From positions 352,001 through 416,000 of the forward strand of contig CBDBBI010000010.1 of the NCBI GenBank assembly GCA_965202625.1: DNA of 64,000 bases. Direction: 5' to 3'. The notes beneath the pieces were generated by a model that had not been told where the DNA came from, made no database searches, and saw nothing but the letters and a program-made list of their open reading frames with translations. Made by a program: the position numbers and the translations under genes. The DNA comes from a bacterium. GTDB lineage: Bacteria; UBA8248. Of this stretch, positions 10,773-21,285 are shown in pieces. Position 1 is the first letter of the stretch. Every line of letters starts with the position of its first letter.

Positions 10773-11729
10773 CTAGGTGCCCGATTTTATAATGCCGATT
10801 TGATTCGCGAGCATTCTCGCCTCCTCCTGATAGGATTGCTGGAATTCAGGATTTGGCGGAATCGGGTTGTGGTATCGGCCTAGGAAGCGGTTCTCTTTGC
10901 TCCAGATTTCTCGAACCTGAAGAATGGAATCCACCGTTCCATCGCTCTTCTCGTCAACGTACACATGGTAGTAGCGGCTGTATTGGTTCGAGACGTTTGA
11001 GAAGAATTTCTCATTCTTATGATATATCTTCTGAATCGGGCCGGCTGGCGTCTGGAGCCGCAGAGTCCGCCCGCCGAGTATCGAATCCGATACCATGAGT
11101 GTATACCTTTCGTCGTCGATCATTTGGTTGACGGCGTAAATGCCGCCGGAGAGGGTTGGTTTTTTGCTCCCCAGTGCAAAGGCACTCAGCTTTCCATAAA
11201 TGCTGGTGTTGAAGCTTTTGGAGAAATTGTTTGAGATGGCATACACCATGAGTAATATAACCGCCGCCGCCAGGAAAACGAGGACGGTAGATCGCCTTGC
11301 CGCGTCTCCCTCATTTTCCTTACCGCGATTGATAGCGACGTCCCCCCTGAGCTCGGAGAGTTGCTTGTACATGTTCTCTGGTTTGAGTTCCAAAGGCTCG
11401 GGCAGGGGTTCGGGTGCTGTTTTCTTCTTTGCCGGCGCGGCGCCGGATCCAGTGCTGGCCGCCGCAGGCGCGGCGACGGCATCGCTTACGAAGAAATCCG
11501 CGTTCATCTGCGTGTATTTACTCCATTGTGAGGGCAAATCCCCTTCTGCGAAAATGGCGTCAACCGGACAGGCGGGGACGCAAGCCGCGCAATCAATGCA
11601 TTCCACAGGGTTGATATACAACATGGGACTTGAACCATCCGCGGCTTGGTGGATACAGTCCACTGGGCATACATCTACGCATGCTGTATCCTTTGTGCCG
11701 ACGCATGGTTCGGCGATGACGTGGGTCAT
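10773..11729 (-). CDS. 7Fe-type ferredoxin fused to a linker, one TM helix and an unknown C-terminal domain
   Basis: aa 1-80 carry C9-x7-C17-x3-C21P and C44xxC47xxC50xxxC54P; Ala/Pro/Lys linker; TM at about aa 148-166; GAAGGAG RBS. Confidence 0.85.
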   Translation of the reverse strand: MTHVIAEPCVGTKDTACVDVCPVDCIHQAADGSSPMLYINPVECIDCAACVPACPVDAIFAEGDLPSQWSKYTQMNADFFVSDAVAAPAAASTGSGAAPAKKKTAPEPLPEPLELKPENMYKQLSELRGDVAINRGKENEGDAARRSTVLVFLAAAVILLMVYAISNNFSKSFNTSIYGKLSAFALGSKKPTLSGGIYAVNQMIDDERYTLMVSDSILGGRTLRLQTPAGPIQKIYHKNEKFFSNVSNQYSRYYHVYVDEKSDGTVDSILQVREIWSKENRFLGRYHNPIPPNPEFQQSYQEEARMLANQIGIIKSGT

Positions 11730-11866
11730 CGGGACGTAACTCCTTCAGGCTCGTTCATTCAATGGGTATAATTTCGTCACCTCATCAGAGTTTGCAATAA
11801 CGAAAAATATGCTATCATTTTTCTCGCCCGAAACACAAGGGATGCGACGCCATCGGCCAAGTTTTG

Positions 11867-11888
11867 AATGGATAAACAATGGATAAAC
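11867..11888. repeat. Perfect 11-bp tandem direct repeat (AATGGATAAAC x2)
   Basis: Read directly in the intergenic region between the divergent ferredoxin-fusion gene and dapL. Confidence 0.85.
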
Positions 11889-12000
11889 GAGATAAGAAGA
11901 CAAGAGAAATGAAACGCCTGCTGGTGAAACGTTGTTTTTTCGATGAACACAATTAAGTATGAGCCTTTTCGTCTTAAGTCTTGCGCGTGCTGCTGAAACC

Positions 12001-12029
12001 TTGCCGTATCTTTAGCGGCGTGCTAAATT
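12001..12029 (+). promoter_or_regulatory. Sigma70-type promoter for the dapL operon
   Basis: TTGCCG-17 nt-TAAATT with TGn extended -10. Confidence 0.5.
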
Positions 12030-12173
12030 TCACTTTCGCATAAGAGTAGCGCAACCCGGTAGGTTACCTGCGCAATTTTGCTGGTGAAAATCATACATAG
12101 ATACAATCGAAGTTGCGGTCGATGGCCACCATCTCCATTTCTGTCCATCATCATTTTTGAGGAATCTAATCTC

Positions 12174-13349
12174 ATGGTGTCAATCAACATCGAACGTGCT
12201 CACCGCTTGAAGCGTTTACCTCCCTACCTATTTGCAGAAATCGACAGAATGAAACAAGAGGTCGCCGATTCAGGGATGGACATCATCAGTCTGGGCATCG
12301 GCGATCCGGATTTACCAACTCCCGCTCATGTCATCGAAGAACTCCATGTGGCTTCACAGAAAACCTCGAATCACCAATATCCCTCCTACGAGGGTATGCC
12401 GAGCTATCGCAAGGCTTGCGCCGATTGGTATCAGTCGCGATTCGGGGTTTCACTCGACCCGAGCTCCGAGGTGCTATCCTTGATTGGCTCTAAAGAGGGC
12501 ATCGCCCATATGCCTTTGGCTTTTGTGGACCCTGGCGACTATGTGCTCGTTCCGGATCCGGCGTATCCCGTTTATGAAATCGGGACATACTTCGCCGATG
12601 GGAAGGCGCATTTCATGCCGCTCACCTCGGAGAATGATTTTTTGCCGGAGCTGGGCGCGATTCCAACGGATGTAGCGCGACAAAGCAAACTTTTGTTCGT
12701 CAATTATCCGAACAATCCTACTGCTGCTTGCGCGGAGGTAGACTTCTATAACGAACTCGTGGAGTTCGCGCGCTCGTATGATGTCATCGTGTGCAGTGAC
12801 AATGCCTATTCGGAGATGTCTTTTGACGGTTATAAACCCATCAGCTTTTTGAATGCGGATGGCGCGAAGGAGTTGGGCGTCGAGTTCCACTCGTGCTCGA
12901 AGACTTACAACATGACTGGTTGGCGCATCGCGTGCGCGGTGGGGAACGCAGAGGCTCTCGCCGGCTTAGGGGAGGTCAAGACGAACGTAGACTCTGGTGT
13001 ATTCGGCGCGGTTCAGGAAGCGGGAATCAAGGCGATGAGCGCGGATCAAAGCTGCGTCGCCGAAATGCGCGAAATATACCAAGGCAGACGAGACGTAGCG
13101 GTGGATGGCTTGAGAAATCTCGGGCTCGAAGTGTCGAAGCCAAAAGCCACGTTCTACATGTGGGTGAAATGTCCCAAGGGTTTCACGTCCAGCGAGTTTA
13201 CGGCGCATATTCTCAGGAATTGCGGCGTTGTCACGACCCCTGGAAACGGTTTTGGCCCCTCTGGCGAAGGATATGTTCGCATGGCCTTAACGGTTCCAGA
13301 AGATAGGATCAAAGAGGCGCTCGCACGAATCGAGAAGGCGGGCTTTTGA
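12174..13349 (+). CDS. dapL: LL-diaminopimelate aminotransferase
   Basis: LPPYLFAEID, GSKEGIAH, NYPNNPT and SKTYNMTGWR motifs; dap gene context; ATG 12174 follows GAGGA. Confidence 0.88.
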   Translation: MVSINIERAHRLKRLPPYLFAEIDRMKQEVADSGMDIISLGIGDPDLPTPAHVIEELHVASQKTSNHQYPSYEGMPSYRKACADWYQSRFGVSLDPSSEVLSLIGSKEGIAHMPLAFVDPGDYVLVPDPAYPVYEIGTYFADGKAHFMPLTSENDFLPELGAIPTDVARQSKLLFVNYPNNPTAACAEVDFYNELVEFARSYDVIVCSDNAYSEMSFDGYKPISFLNADGAKELGVEFHSCSKTYNMTGWRIACAVGNAEALAGLGEVKTNVDSGVFGAVQEAGIKAMSADQSCVAEMREIYQGRRDVAVDGLRNLGLEVSKPKATFYMWVKCPKGFTSSEFTAHILRNCGVVTTPGNGFGPSGEGYVRMALTVPEDRIKEALARIEKAGF

Positions 13350-13852
13350 GCCGCGGGGCGCGTGCTTTTATCAGTGCGGGTGCCAACCTGGATGAGCCGA
13401 TTCGACAAGTCCAAAGAGCGATGGATGCGCTGAGGGAAGCCTCAGGGGTGAGGCTTCTAGGCGCGTCATCTTTTTATCGCACACAACCTGTGGGCCCTGT
13501 CGTCCAACCTCCCTTTATCAATGCCGTTTTCGCGTTCGAGTGTGGAATCCGTCCCACGGAGCTTCTCGATCTTTTATTGAGGGTCGAGCGAAAAATGGGG
13601 CGTGTGCGAAAAGAACGTTGGGGGCCTCGGGTAATCGATCTGGATCTGCTCCTCTACGGCAAGGCTATCATCCATGAGGAGAGCCTGAAAGTGCCGCACC
13701 CGCGTCTCCATGAGAGGCGCTTTGCGCTCGCTCCCTTGGCTGAGATGGCGCCCGACGTTGTTCATCCGGTCATCAAAAAATCCGCTTTCGATTTGTTGAC
13801 CGCCCTTCCTCTGGGCGGTCCATGGGTGGAAAAATTACAACGAGAGAAATGA
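13346..13852 (+). CDS. folK: 2-amino-4-hydroxy-6-hydroxymethyldihydropteridine diphosphokinase
   Basis: GANL, RWGPRVIDLDLL and VPHPRLHERRF motifs. Confidence 0.95.
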   Translation: MSRGARAFISAGANLDEPIRQVQRAMDALREASGVRLLGASSFYRTQPVGPVVQPPFINAVFAFECGIRPTELLDLLLRVERKMGRVRKERWGPRVIDLDLLLYGKAIIHEESLKVPHPRLHERRFALAPLAEMAPDVVHPVIKKSAFDLLTALPLGGPWVEKLQREK

Positions 13853-13985
13853 ATAAGGGGTTTGCCGTCGGCGACCAAAGCGACGACTCATCTTTTTCGT
13901 CCTTGTCTTTTCCGCTGGAAATTTGAGATGATTTCTTATATTTATGTGCTTTGGTGCCCGCCTTTCGTTTTCCCAGAGATTTCGC

Positions 13986-14840
13986 ATGAAAGTTGTCGAT
14001 ACGCCTCAAAAAATGCGTGAATTCGCGGAAATTCTCAGGCGAGATAAAGCGCCGCTCGGCCTTGTTCCGACGATGGGCGCGCTGCATAAAGGGCACACAA
14101 GTCTGATCGCTCGGGCGATGAATGATTGTGGTGCCGTCGTCGTGAGCGTTTTCGTGAATCCGGCGCAATTCTCTGCTGGCGAGGATTACCAGACCTACCC
14201 CCGAACCTTTGAGGTTGACCTGCGAGTTTGCCGACAGATGGGAGTTTGTTCTGTCTATGCGCCGAAGGTGCATTGCATGTATTCCGACGGATACGACACA
14301 TGGGTGGACGTGCCTGGCTTGGGCGCGTTTCTTTGCGGAGGCCATCGACCGGGGCATTTCCGGGGCGTGGCCACCGTCGTGCTTAAATTGTTCTGCGCGT
14401 GTCTTCCACATCGGGCGTATTTTGGCGAAAAAGATTATCAGCAACTCGTTTTGATCGAGCGGATGGCGCGCGACTTGGATGTCGGTGTGGAGATTGTGCC
14501 TTGCCCAATAGTTCGAGACCGGGATAGGTTGGCCTTGAGCAGTAGGAACGCTTATCTATCGGAGGAGGAGCGTTTGCGGGCGCGTTCTATTAGCAGTGCT
14601 TTGTTCGACGCGAAGAAGAGGGTGGCGGCCGGAGAGCGACTTTGCGCACCTTTAATTCAAGAGTGCATGGATGAATTGGAGAAAGCGGAAGTGAAGGTGG
14701 ATTACGTGCAAATCGTGAATCCGGTGACGCTTGAGAAGATAGAAAAAATCAACGGCGCCGCTCGAATGGCCATCGCAGCCCATATCGGTAGAACCCGACT
14801 TATCGACAACATCTCCTTGGTGTCTGGCGATGAGACATAG
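13986..14840 (+). CDS. panC: Pantoate--beta-alanine ligase
   Basis: VPTMGALHKGH, FVNPAQF, RPGHFRGV, FGEKDYQQ and RLIDN motifs. Confidence 0.96.
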   Translation: MKVVDTPQKMREFAEILRRDKAPLGLVPTMGALHKGHTSLIARAMNDCGAVVVSVFVNPAQFSAGEDYQTYPRTFEVDLRVCRQMGVCSVYAPKVHCMYSDGYDTWVDVPGLGAFLCGGHRPGHFRGVATVVLKLFCACLPHRAYFGEKDYQQLVLIERMARDLDVGVEIVPCPIVRDRDRLALSSRNAYLSEEERLRARSISSALFDAKKRVAAGERLCAPLIQECMDELEKAEVKVDYVQIVNPVTLEKIEKINGAARMAIAAHIGRTRLIDNISLVSGDET

Positions 14841-17493
14841 TATTTTCTCCGTCGTGGCGTTCGTTCTTCTGGGGTTTGTCTTCCTTCCATTCCCCTTGGC
14901 CCAAGGGCAGCTGAGCGTGCGCGCGCAGGCCCACCTCGAATTTGGATTAAAGGCCTATCGGGATGAGTTTTTTGAACCTGCAATAGACTCTTTTAGAGCT
15001 TACCTCAAGAGGGCGGGTGGAAGTCCCGAGGCCCCGCGCGTTCATTATTTGCTCGCCGAGGCGCTGCGCCGAGACGATCGGCTCAAAGAGGCGATTGCGG
15101 CGTATCAATTATTCTTGGAGCGATATCCTGGGCATGAAAGGGCCGATGCGGTTCGATTTCGCGTCGGAGAACTTTCGGAGAGAAGCGGGAATAGACAAGA
15201 GGCGATAAGCGCCTATGCTTCCGTCCAGCCCGGAATCTACCGAACGGAGGCCGTCTACCGGATTGCCGCCCTGCGGCTGGCGGCGCGTGCATGGACGGGC
15301 GCAGTCGGTGCGCTTGATGAGTTCATTGAATCCGCCCCGAAAGACCCACGGGTGGAAAACGCGCTCTTCGAGCGCGCCGTCGCCCTGGAGCGCATACCGA
15401 GAATGCGCGCGGCTGAGAGAGCCTATGCACTTGCGATACGCCGTTTCCCCCAAAATCCCCGGTCGCATGCTTTTGCTGTGCGGCTTGCGAAAATACAGTT
15501 GCGACTCAAGAAGTTTGCCGAGTCGGAGAAAACGCTCGACTCTTTATTTCGCCAACACCCAGAAGACGCAAAGCGCGCTGGCTTGAAGCTAGGGCAAGCC
15601 ACGAGTTTTTTCGCGCAACAGAAATACGCGAAGGCGAGCGAGGCGTTCGAAGCCGCTTTGGGCATGGATCTCGCAAAGTCGCAGCGCATGATGGCCGAGC
15701 GAGGTTTAGCGTTTTCTTGGTGGCACGCGGGCAAATACGCGAGAGCTGCTAAAGCCTACCAACGACTCATTCGCGAGCCAGCGAAGGACGGCTCTTATCT
15801 CCTGTATTTTTTGCAGAGTGTGAAAAAAGCGGGAGCTTGTCGGGAGGGGGGCAAAGAGTATCTCATTTTCGCGCTTGACGTAATTGGCAAAGGCGCGCTG
15901 CTTCCTGCTTCCGCTAGGTTTCAGATGGCGGATTGTCTGTTTGACGCGGGTTTACGAAAAGAGGCGGTAACCCAGTATCACGAACTGATTCGGCGCGCAC
16001 CGAATGCGCGTGAGGCGGTATGGTCGGAGCTACGCCTGGTGGGTATGTTGGAGGAGGACGAGGAGCGAAACAGGGAAGAAATTTTGAAGCGCTATGGGCG
16101 GATATGGGAGTCGTTCAACGGGCTCAGAAAATCGGCGGGGAGTGTCGATCCCGAGCTGGCGCAATCCGTATATCAAGGCATCTTGCGCGCGGCGTCTCTG
16201 CACAGCGCTCGAAAAGATTGCGCCCAGGCTGTTCGTTTGGTGAAAACGGTTCCCAATGAATATGTCCCCGAACCCCTGCGAGCGGAAGTGGCGTTTCTCA
16301 GAGCAGAGTGCGCATGGGAAAAGGAGAAGCTCGATGAAGCGGAACATTACTTCTCCCAGGTGATTGCTGGCGCAAATCGCCCCGCGCTCGCCGCTCGGGC
16401 GCGGTATCGCTTGGGTGAGGCGGCGCAGAGGCGCGGCGACAGGAAAGAGGCGTTAAAACGTTTTCAGGGTGCGCTGCCGTTTCTCTCTGAGGAATTCAAG
16501 CGCGAAGCGCGCTTGAAAATTGGCGGTCTTTATCGTGAGGAGGGCGATTTTCAAAAGGCGCGAGCGTTTCTCTTGCCGCTTGCGAACGATGCGAAGGTGA
16601 GCGATGCGAGGAGACGTTCCATCTGGTATTTCCTAGCGCGTAATTCAGCCAGAGAGAGCGATTGGAAGAGCGCGGACGAGGCGCTCTCGTCTTGGGACGC
16701 GCTCATGCCGCTCGAATCTGCGGAGGGTCTCAGGCTGTGGGCGTTCGTGTTGTTTCAGCGAAAAGACTGTGGGAGCGCGGTGAAAATATCAGGGCGGGCG
16801 CTGGAGTTGACGAGTTTGAAAAATGAGAGGTTGGCGCTATATCGGCTTCGGGCGTCGTGTTTTTTTCAAGTGAAGGACTTGAAAGAATTCTCAAGGGCAC
16901 TACGCCAAGTTTTGACTTTGGACCCCCGAGACGCCGAGGCGGCTTTCGGGTTGGGGGAAGTTTTTGAAAATATGGGAGACTTTGACCAAGCTGCTCGTGC
17001 CTATGCTCGTTTTTTAAGCGAATTCCCCCAAAATCGCAGGGCGGACGCCGTGGCCTTGAGGTTGGGAATGCTCGAAATGACAAGAGAGAGGCCGGAGGAG
17101 GCGGAAGCAGCGTTTAGGGCGGCTTCGAAATCTAGCGATGCGCGTATCTCTGGCCCCGCGCTCTTTCAAATCGCGGCGCAGCTTGAGAGAGATGGCAAGA
17201 GGTCCGAGGCACTTGAAATTTTTGAATCTTTGTTGCGCCCCGGAATGGGGTGTGGGGAATGGCTGCGCTCAGCGGCTTGGCGCGCAGCGGCGATTCGCGA
17301 ATCGCGCAAAGAGTGGGGGAGGGCCGTTCGTTATTATCAGAGCATTCTGGCGCTTGAAAAACCAGGCGTCTCTCTTCGCATAAAGGAGGAGATCAAGCAG
17401 GCTAAAATGAGAATCCGCCAGCTGGAGTCCTACCTGGCCGCGGTCAAAGAGCGTGAATTCAAAATGAAAAATCGCGAACTACTGCTTCGATGA
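14830..17493 (+). CDS. Large exported TPR-repeat protein (CpoB/BamD-like repeats)
   Basis: Signal peptide ending PLAQ; many TPR-like repeats (AYQLFLERYPGHE, AYARFLSEFPQN); 887 aa. Confidence 0.8.
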   Translation: MRHSIFSVVAFVLLGFVFLPFPLAQGQLSVRAQAHLEFGLKAYRDEFFEPAIDSFRAYLKRAGGSPEAPRVHYLLAEALRRDDRLKEAIAAYQLFLERYPGHERADAVRFRVGELSERSGNRQEAISAYASVQPGIYRTEAVYRIAALRLAARAWTGAVGALDEFIESAPKDPRVENALFERAVALERIPRMRAAERAYALAIRRFPQNPRSHAFAVRLAKIQLRLKKFAESEKTLDSLFRQHPEDAKRAGLKLGQATSFFAQQKYAKASEAFEAALGMDLAKSQRMMAERGLAFSWWHAGKYARAAKAYQRLIREPAKDGSYLLYFLQSVKKAGACREGGKEYLIFALDVIGKGALLPASARFQMADCLFDAGLRKEAVTQYHELIRRAPNAREAVWSELRLVGMLEEDEERNREEILKRYGRIWESFNGLRKSAGSVDPELAQSVYQGILRAASLHSARKDCAQAVRLVKTVPNEYVPEPLRAEVAFLRAECAWEKEKLDEAEHYFSQVIAGANRPALAARARYRLGEAAQRRGDRKEALKRFQGALPFLSEEFKREARLKIGGLYREEGDFQKARAFLLPLANDAKVSDARRRSIWYFLARNSARESDWKSADEALSSWDALMPLESAEGLRLWAFVLFQRKDCGSAVKISGRALELTSLKNERLALYRLRASCFFQVKDLKEFSRALRQVLTLDPRDAEAAFGLGEVFENMGDFDQAARAYARFLSEFPQNRRADAVALRLGMLEMTRERPEEAEAAFRAASKSSDARISGPALFQIAAQLERDGKRSEALEIFESLLRPGMGCGEWLRSAAWRAAAIRESRKEWGRAVRYYQSILALEKPGVSLRIKEEIKQAKMRIRQLESYLAAVKEREFKMKNRELLLR

Positions 17494-17508
17494 TAGGAGA
17501 GGAAAAGA

Positions 17509-20500
17509 ATGCGATTTCGCGCGTTTGATTTTGGATTTAGGTTTCTCTTGGGCTTGATGGTTGTATCCTGCACCTGTTTCGGGAGCGCGACTGCCATACG
17601 AGCTCAGGATGGCGGCTCGGCGAAGGGGAAGCGGCTATCAATCTCCTTGCCGGAAATCGTGGTGGAGTCGCCAAACATTGAGCATCTCATCGGTTCTCGT
17701 TTGCGTCCCATACCACCGAAGCGACTAGGTGTTCACCTTCCCGCCGTTTTCGTAGAGCTGGAAAATCCGCCCATTCGCTTACCCATGCGCCCGATTCCGC
17801 CTGATAAGGCGCTAAATCCGGGCCAAACACGCTTGTTCGGCGGTTTGTTGGGTGATTTTATTGATGAGAGTGAACAATTCGGCGCGGCGCTCACCTATTT
17901 GCGAAAGGACGCGCCCATAGAGGCGCTCTCCCTGTTTGATGGGTTGGCGAAAAAAACAGAACTTCATTTCTGGCGCGCGGCAGCTCTTTTCTGGGCGGGG
18001 GAGACGCTTTTGCAAATGAGAAAGGCGGAAGAAGCCCGGTCGCGAAGAAAGAAGTTGTTGCGGTTGCTTTTGACCGATGGCTTTCGCTACGTGGCGGCCG
18101 CAAGATACGCCTTGGCACAGGAACGCTTCGAGGCGCGCGACTACCAAGGATGTCTCGCTCTGCTGGAAGGACAAACGTGGGTTCAAGGAACGTTCGCCTA
18201 TGAGGAGGCGATTTTTCTGAAAGGTTGGGCCCAGGCGAAAACAGGTTCTGTGCATAAGGCGATCGACGCATGGACGACGCTTGCGAATGCCCGGGGGCGG
18301 CTAGCGCTTCGGGCGCTCGTCGTTCTCGGGAACTTCCATCTAAAGAGAGGGGATTACGTTGAGGCGCAAAAACGCTATGCGGCGGCTGAGGCGCTCGGGT
18401 CAAGGAGAGGCGGTTTTGATGACACGCTTCGCGGAGAAGCGCATCACGGCATGGGCTGGGCGCGATTGTTTTTGGGCCAGGTTGAGGGGGCAAAGCGCGC
18501 TTTTTCGAGTTTCGCGCGTCGGCGCCTAGTGCATCCGCTCAGAGTTTCCGTCCAAGCGGGTTTGCTTTCCGCTGATGTAGAATCCATACGAACTCCTCGT
18601 GAAAACCTCGACAAATTAAAGGCTCGCATTCTGAAATTCTCGACTGCCAACCGTCCCAATATGCTCGTTGGCGCCTTGCGTCTTCAGTTGGCCTGGAAAT
18701 TGTTCCGAATCGGCGCGTATGAGGAAGCGTCGCTTCTGGCGGGAAGGGTAAGCGATGAATTTCCGCTCGGTAGAATCTATCGCATAGCGAGAATCGTGGA
18801 GGGTCTCTCTCAATATCATCTCGATAAAGTGAAGCGCGCCTATGGTATTTTGCGTTTAGGCGCCGACTCCCCACCCGATTCCATTCATCGCCTGGCGGAG
18901 CGGAGTGCGGCTCGTTCCGCAGCGATGGCGACCGCTTTTGCTGCATTTCGACTCAAGGATTTCCGCGGCGCGCGGGATTTACTCAAGCATTGGGTTTTCC
19001 CGCCGGGCGGCGCTTCTACGATCTCCAAAGATGGTTTGGCGATCCTGTGGTATGGAGAGGCGGCCTTTGAATTGGGAAATCTTGATGATGCCGAGCGCGC
19101 TTTTCGGGCGGTTCCTGATGATGCGCCCGAGTTTTACCGCGCTTTGGGGGGGATTGCTTGGGTTCAATATAGGAAAAAAAACTGGAGAGAAGCCGCACTC
19201 GCCTTCGACCGCGTTTTCGAGTACGAACCGAGTGGCGCATTGGCGGCGGAGGCACTCGCCCGTTCCGGAGAAGCGCGCTTCAACCTAAGAGACTACGATG
19301 GCGCCTTGCAGTCTTTCGAAAGGGTGGAGAAAAAATACAGGGGAAGTGGCGTCGCGCGCGAGGTGCTGTATCAAAAGGCGAAGTTATTATTCAGACGCAG
19401 CCGTTTTGATGCGGCGGAGGAGAACTTTCACGCCTTTTTGAGTCGCTATCCCAAAAGCGAGGCGGCTCCTGAAATCAAGTACCTCCTGGCACTGATTCCT
19501 TTTCGCAGAGGTCATTACTCCCTAGCGCGGGAGAAACTTCACCCCTTCCTTAAAGCACATAAAGATTCATCCTTTGCGGGTGATGGTTATTTACGACTGG
19601 CCGATTCCTCCTACAACGAGGGACGCTACAGAGAGGCGAGCCGTCTATACCGGCGCATGATGAGCCAATATCCTTCTCATCCCAAATTCTCGGAAGCTGT
19701 CTATGGCCTTTTGCTCAGCCAGCTTCACCTCAGCGAGTATGCGCGCTTCCTGGCGGGCGCGCGCGAGTATATTGACCTGTATCCAGAGAGTAACCTAAGC
19801 ATTTCCCTGGCTTTTCAAATCGGCGAGGTGTTGTTCACCCGGAGAAAGTTGGAGGGGGCCCTAAAAGCGTATTCAGACGTCATCGCCCGCTATCCGGATA
19901 ATGCTCTGGCTACGCACGCCATGTTGCGAATTGCGGGCATCCATCGGAGCAGAAAAGATATTGATAAGGCTCTTGATGCGTATGAGATTTTGCTGACTCG
20001 GTATCCGACGAGCAGTCTCCATGCGAATGGGCTTTTTGGAGTCGGTGAGACCTTGGCCAGCATCGGCCGGTGCACGGAAGCGAAAAAGAATCTCGCGGAA
20101 TTTTTGGAATCATACCCGGGACATGCTTATGAAACGCTGGCCCGGTTGACGCTGGGGCACTGTCTGGTTCGGTTGCTCGAATACGATGCCGCCTTGCCCC
20201 ATCTTGTGATGGTCATGAGCGATGCGCTCACCGCAGGCGCTGATTTGCGCAGCCAATCTGCATTCCTGGCGGCTGGAATTTACGTGAAGCGAAAAAGATA
20301 TACTGATGCAGAGCGTGCCTTGGAGTTGACGGTCGAATTCGGGGAGCCGGAGCTGGCGGCGGCGGCGTTCTTTGAGCGCGCGCGTATATTTTCTGAGCGC
20401 GGAGAGCCGAAAGCGGCGGCGGAGTATTTGAAGTTGACCTATCGCTATCCAGATCAGAATATATGGGTGGCGCGCGCGTTAAAGAGTGCAGGCGAACTCT

Positions 20501-20649
20501 ATGAAAAACAGGGCAAGCACCTCATCGCCCTTAGGGTCTATCAAAAGATGGGGAAGGTTGCGAGAGGCGCCACATTTCAGAGAGAGGCGCGGATCGCGAT
20601 TAAGCGAATTACGCAACAAATGAAAGGTCGTGCTAGTGATGAGAATTGA
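17509..20649 (+). CDS. Large exported TPR-repeat protein
   Basis: Signal peptide, Pro-rich segment, then tandem TPR repeats (FLSRYPKS, VIARYPDN, YLKLTYRYP); 1046 aa. Confidence 0.8.
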   Translation: MRFRAFDFGFRFLLGLMVVSCTCFGSATAIRAQDGGSAKGKRLSISLPEIVVESPNIEHLIGSRLRPIPPKRLGVHLPAVFVELENPPIRLPMRPIPPDKALNPGQTRLFGGLLGDFIDESEQFGAALTYLRKDAPIEALSLFDGLAKKTELHFWRAAALFWAGETLLQMRKAEEARSRRKKLLRLLLTDGFRYVAAARYALAQERFEARDYQGCLALLEGQTWVQGTFAYEEAIFLKGWAQAKTGSVHKAIDAWTTLANARGRLALRALVVLGNFHLKRGDYVEAQKRYAAAEALGSRRGGFDDTLRGEAHHGMGWARLFLGQVEGAKRAFSSFARRRLVHPLRVSVQAGLLSADVESIRTPRENLDKLKARILKFSTANRPNMLVGALRLQLAWKLFRIGAYEEASLLAGRVSDEFPLGRIYRIARIVEGLSQYHLDKVKRAYGILRLGADSPPDSIHRLAERSAARSAAMATAFAAFRLKDFRGARDLLKHWVFPPGGASTISKDGLAILWYGEAAFELGNLDDAERAFRAVPDDAPEFYRALGGIAWVQYRKKNWREAALAFDRVFEYEPSGALAAEALARSGEARFNLRDYDGALQSFERVEKKYRGSGVAREVLYQKAKLLFRRSRFDAAEENFHAFLSRYPKSEAAPEIKYLLALIPFRRGHYSLAREKLHPFLKAHKDSSFAGDGYLRLADSSYNEGRYREASRLYRRMMSQYPSHPKFSEAVYGLLLSQLHLSEYARFLAGAREYIDLYPESNLSISLAFQIGEVLFTRRKLEGALKAYSDVIARYPDNALATHAMLRIAGIHRSRKDIDKALDAYEILLTRYPTSSLHANGLFGVGETLASIGRCTEAKKNLAEFLESYPGHAYETLARLTLGHCLVRLLEYDAALPHLVMVMSDALTAGADLRSQSAFLAAGIYVKRKRYTDAERALELTVEFGEPELAAAAFFERARIFSERGEPKAAAEYLKLTYRYPDQNIWVARALKSAGELYEKQGKHLIALRVYQKMGKVARGATFQREARIAIKRITQQMKGRASDEN

Positions 20650-20678
20650 GAATTCCCATTTTATGAAGGTATTTGCTG

Positions 20679-21278
20679 ATGTTTGAGTTTTTGACCAAAG
20701 GCGGAGTGTTGATGGTTCCGCTGGGCGTGTGCTCCATTTTCGCCGTTGCCATCATCTTGGAGCGAACGCTGAATCTGCGCACCAGGAAAATCATTCAATT
20801 CGACGTCCTCCAGCAGGTCAGGGACTTGGTCGCGGGCAACCGCGTTTCTGACGCCATGACGTTGTGCCGGCGCTATCCTTCCGTGATGGGCAGGGTCCTG
20901 CTCATGGCGATAGCGAATCACAACAGGCAGTGGGGTGAACTTCGATCCATCGTGGAGGACGCGGGCAGGCAGGAGGTCACCGCTCTCGATAAGAACTTGG
21001 GCGCCTTGGGCACGATTGCCGCCATCGCGCCGTTGCTGGGCCTCACTGGGACGGTTTTTGGTATGATTCGAACCTTCGCCATCATTAGCGAGAAGGGAAT
21101 CGCTCACCCCAGCCAACTCGCCGGCGGAATCAGCGAGGCGCTCATCACTACGGCGACCGGCCTCGTCATCGCGATACCCGCGCTCATTTTTTACAACTAT
21201 TTCACGAATAAGGCGGGCCGCCTCCTTCTGGAAATAGAAAAACACTCCTACCGAGTCATTGAAACGCTGAAGCGGTGA
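20679..21278 (+). CDS. exbB: MotA/TolQ/ExbB proton channel protein
   Basis: APLLGLTGTVFGMI and GISEALITTATGLVIAIP motifs. Confidence 0.9.
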   Translation: MFEFLTKGGVLMVPLGVCSIFAVAIILERTLNLRTRKIIQFDVLQQVRDLVAGNRVSDAMTLCRRYPSVMGRVLLMAIANHNRQWGELRSIVEDAGRQEVTALDKNLGALGTIAAIAPLLGLTGTVFGMIRTFAIISEKGIAHPSQLAGGISEALITTATGLVIAIPALIFYNYFTNKAGRLLLEIEKHSYRVIETLKR

Positions 21279-21285
21279 AGATAAA

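Noticed and set aside
12036-12173. Lysine riboswitch in the dapL leader
   Set aside because: Only a short GCGCA...TGCGC hairpin is present; the leader is too short and lacks the L-box consensus and a terminator
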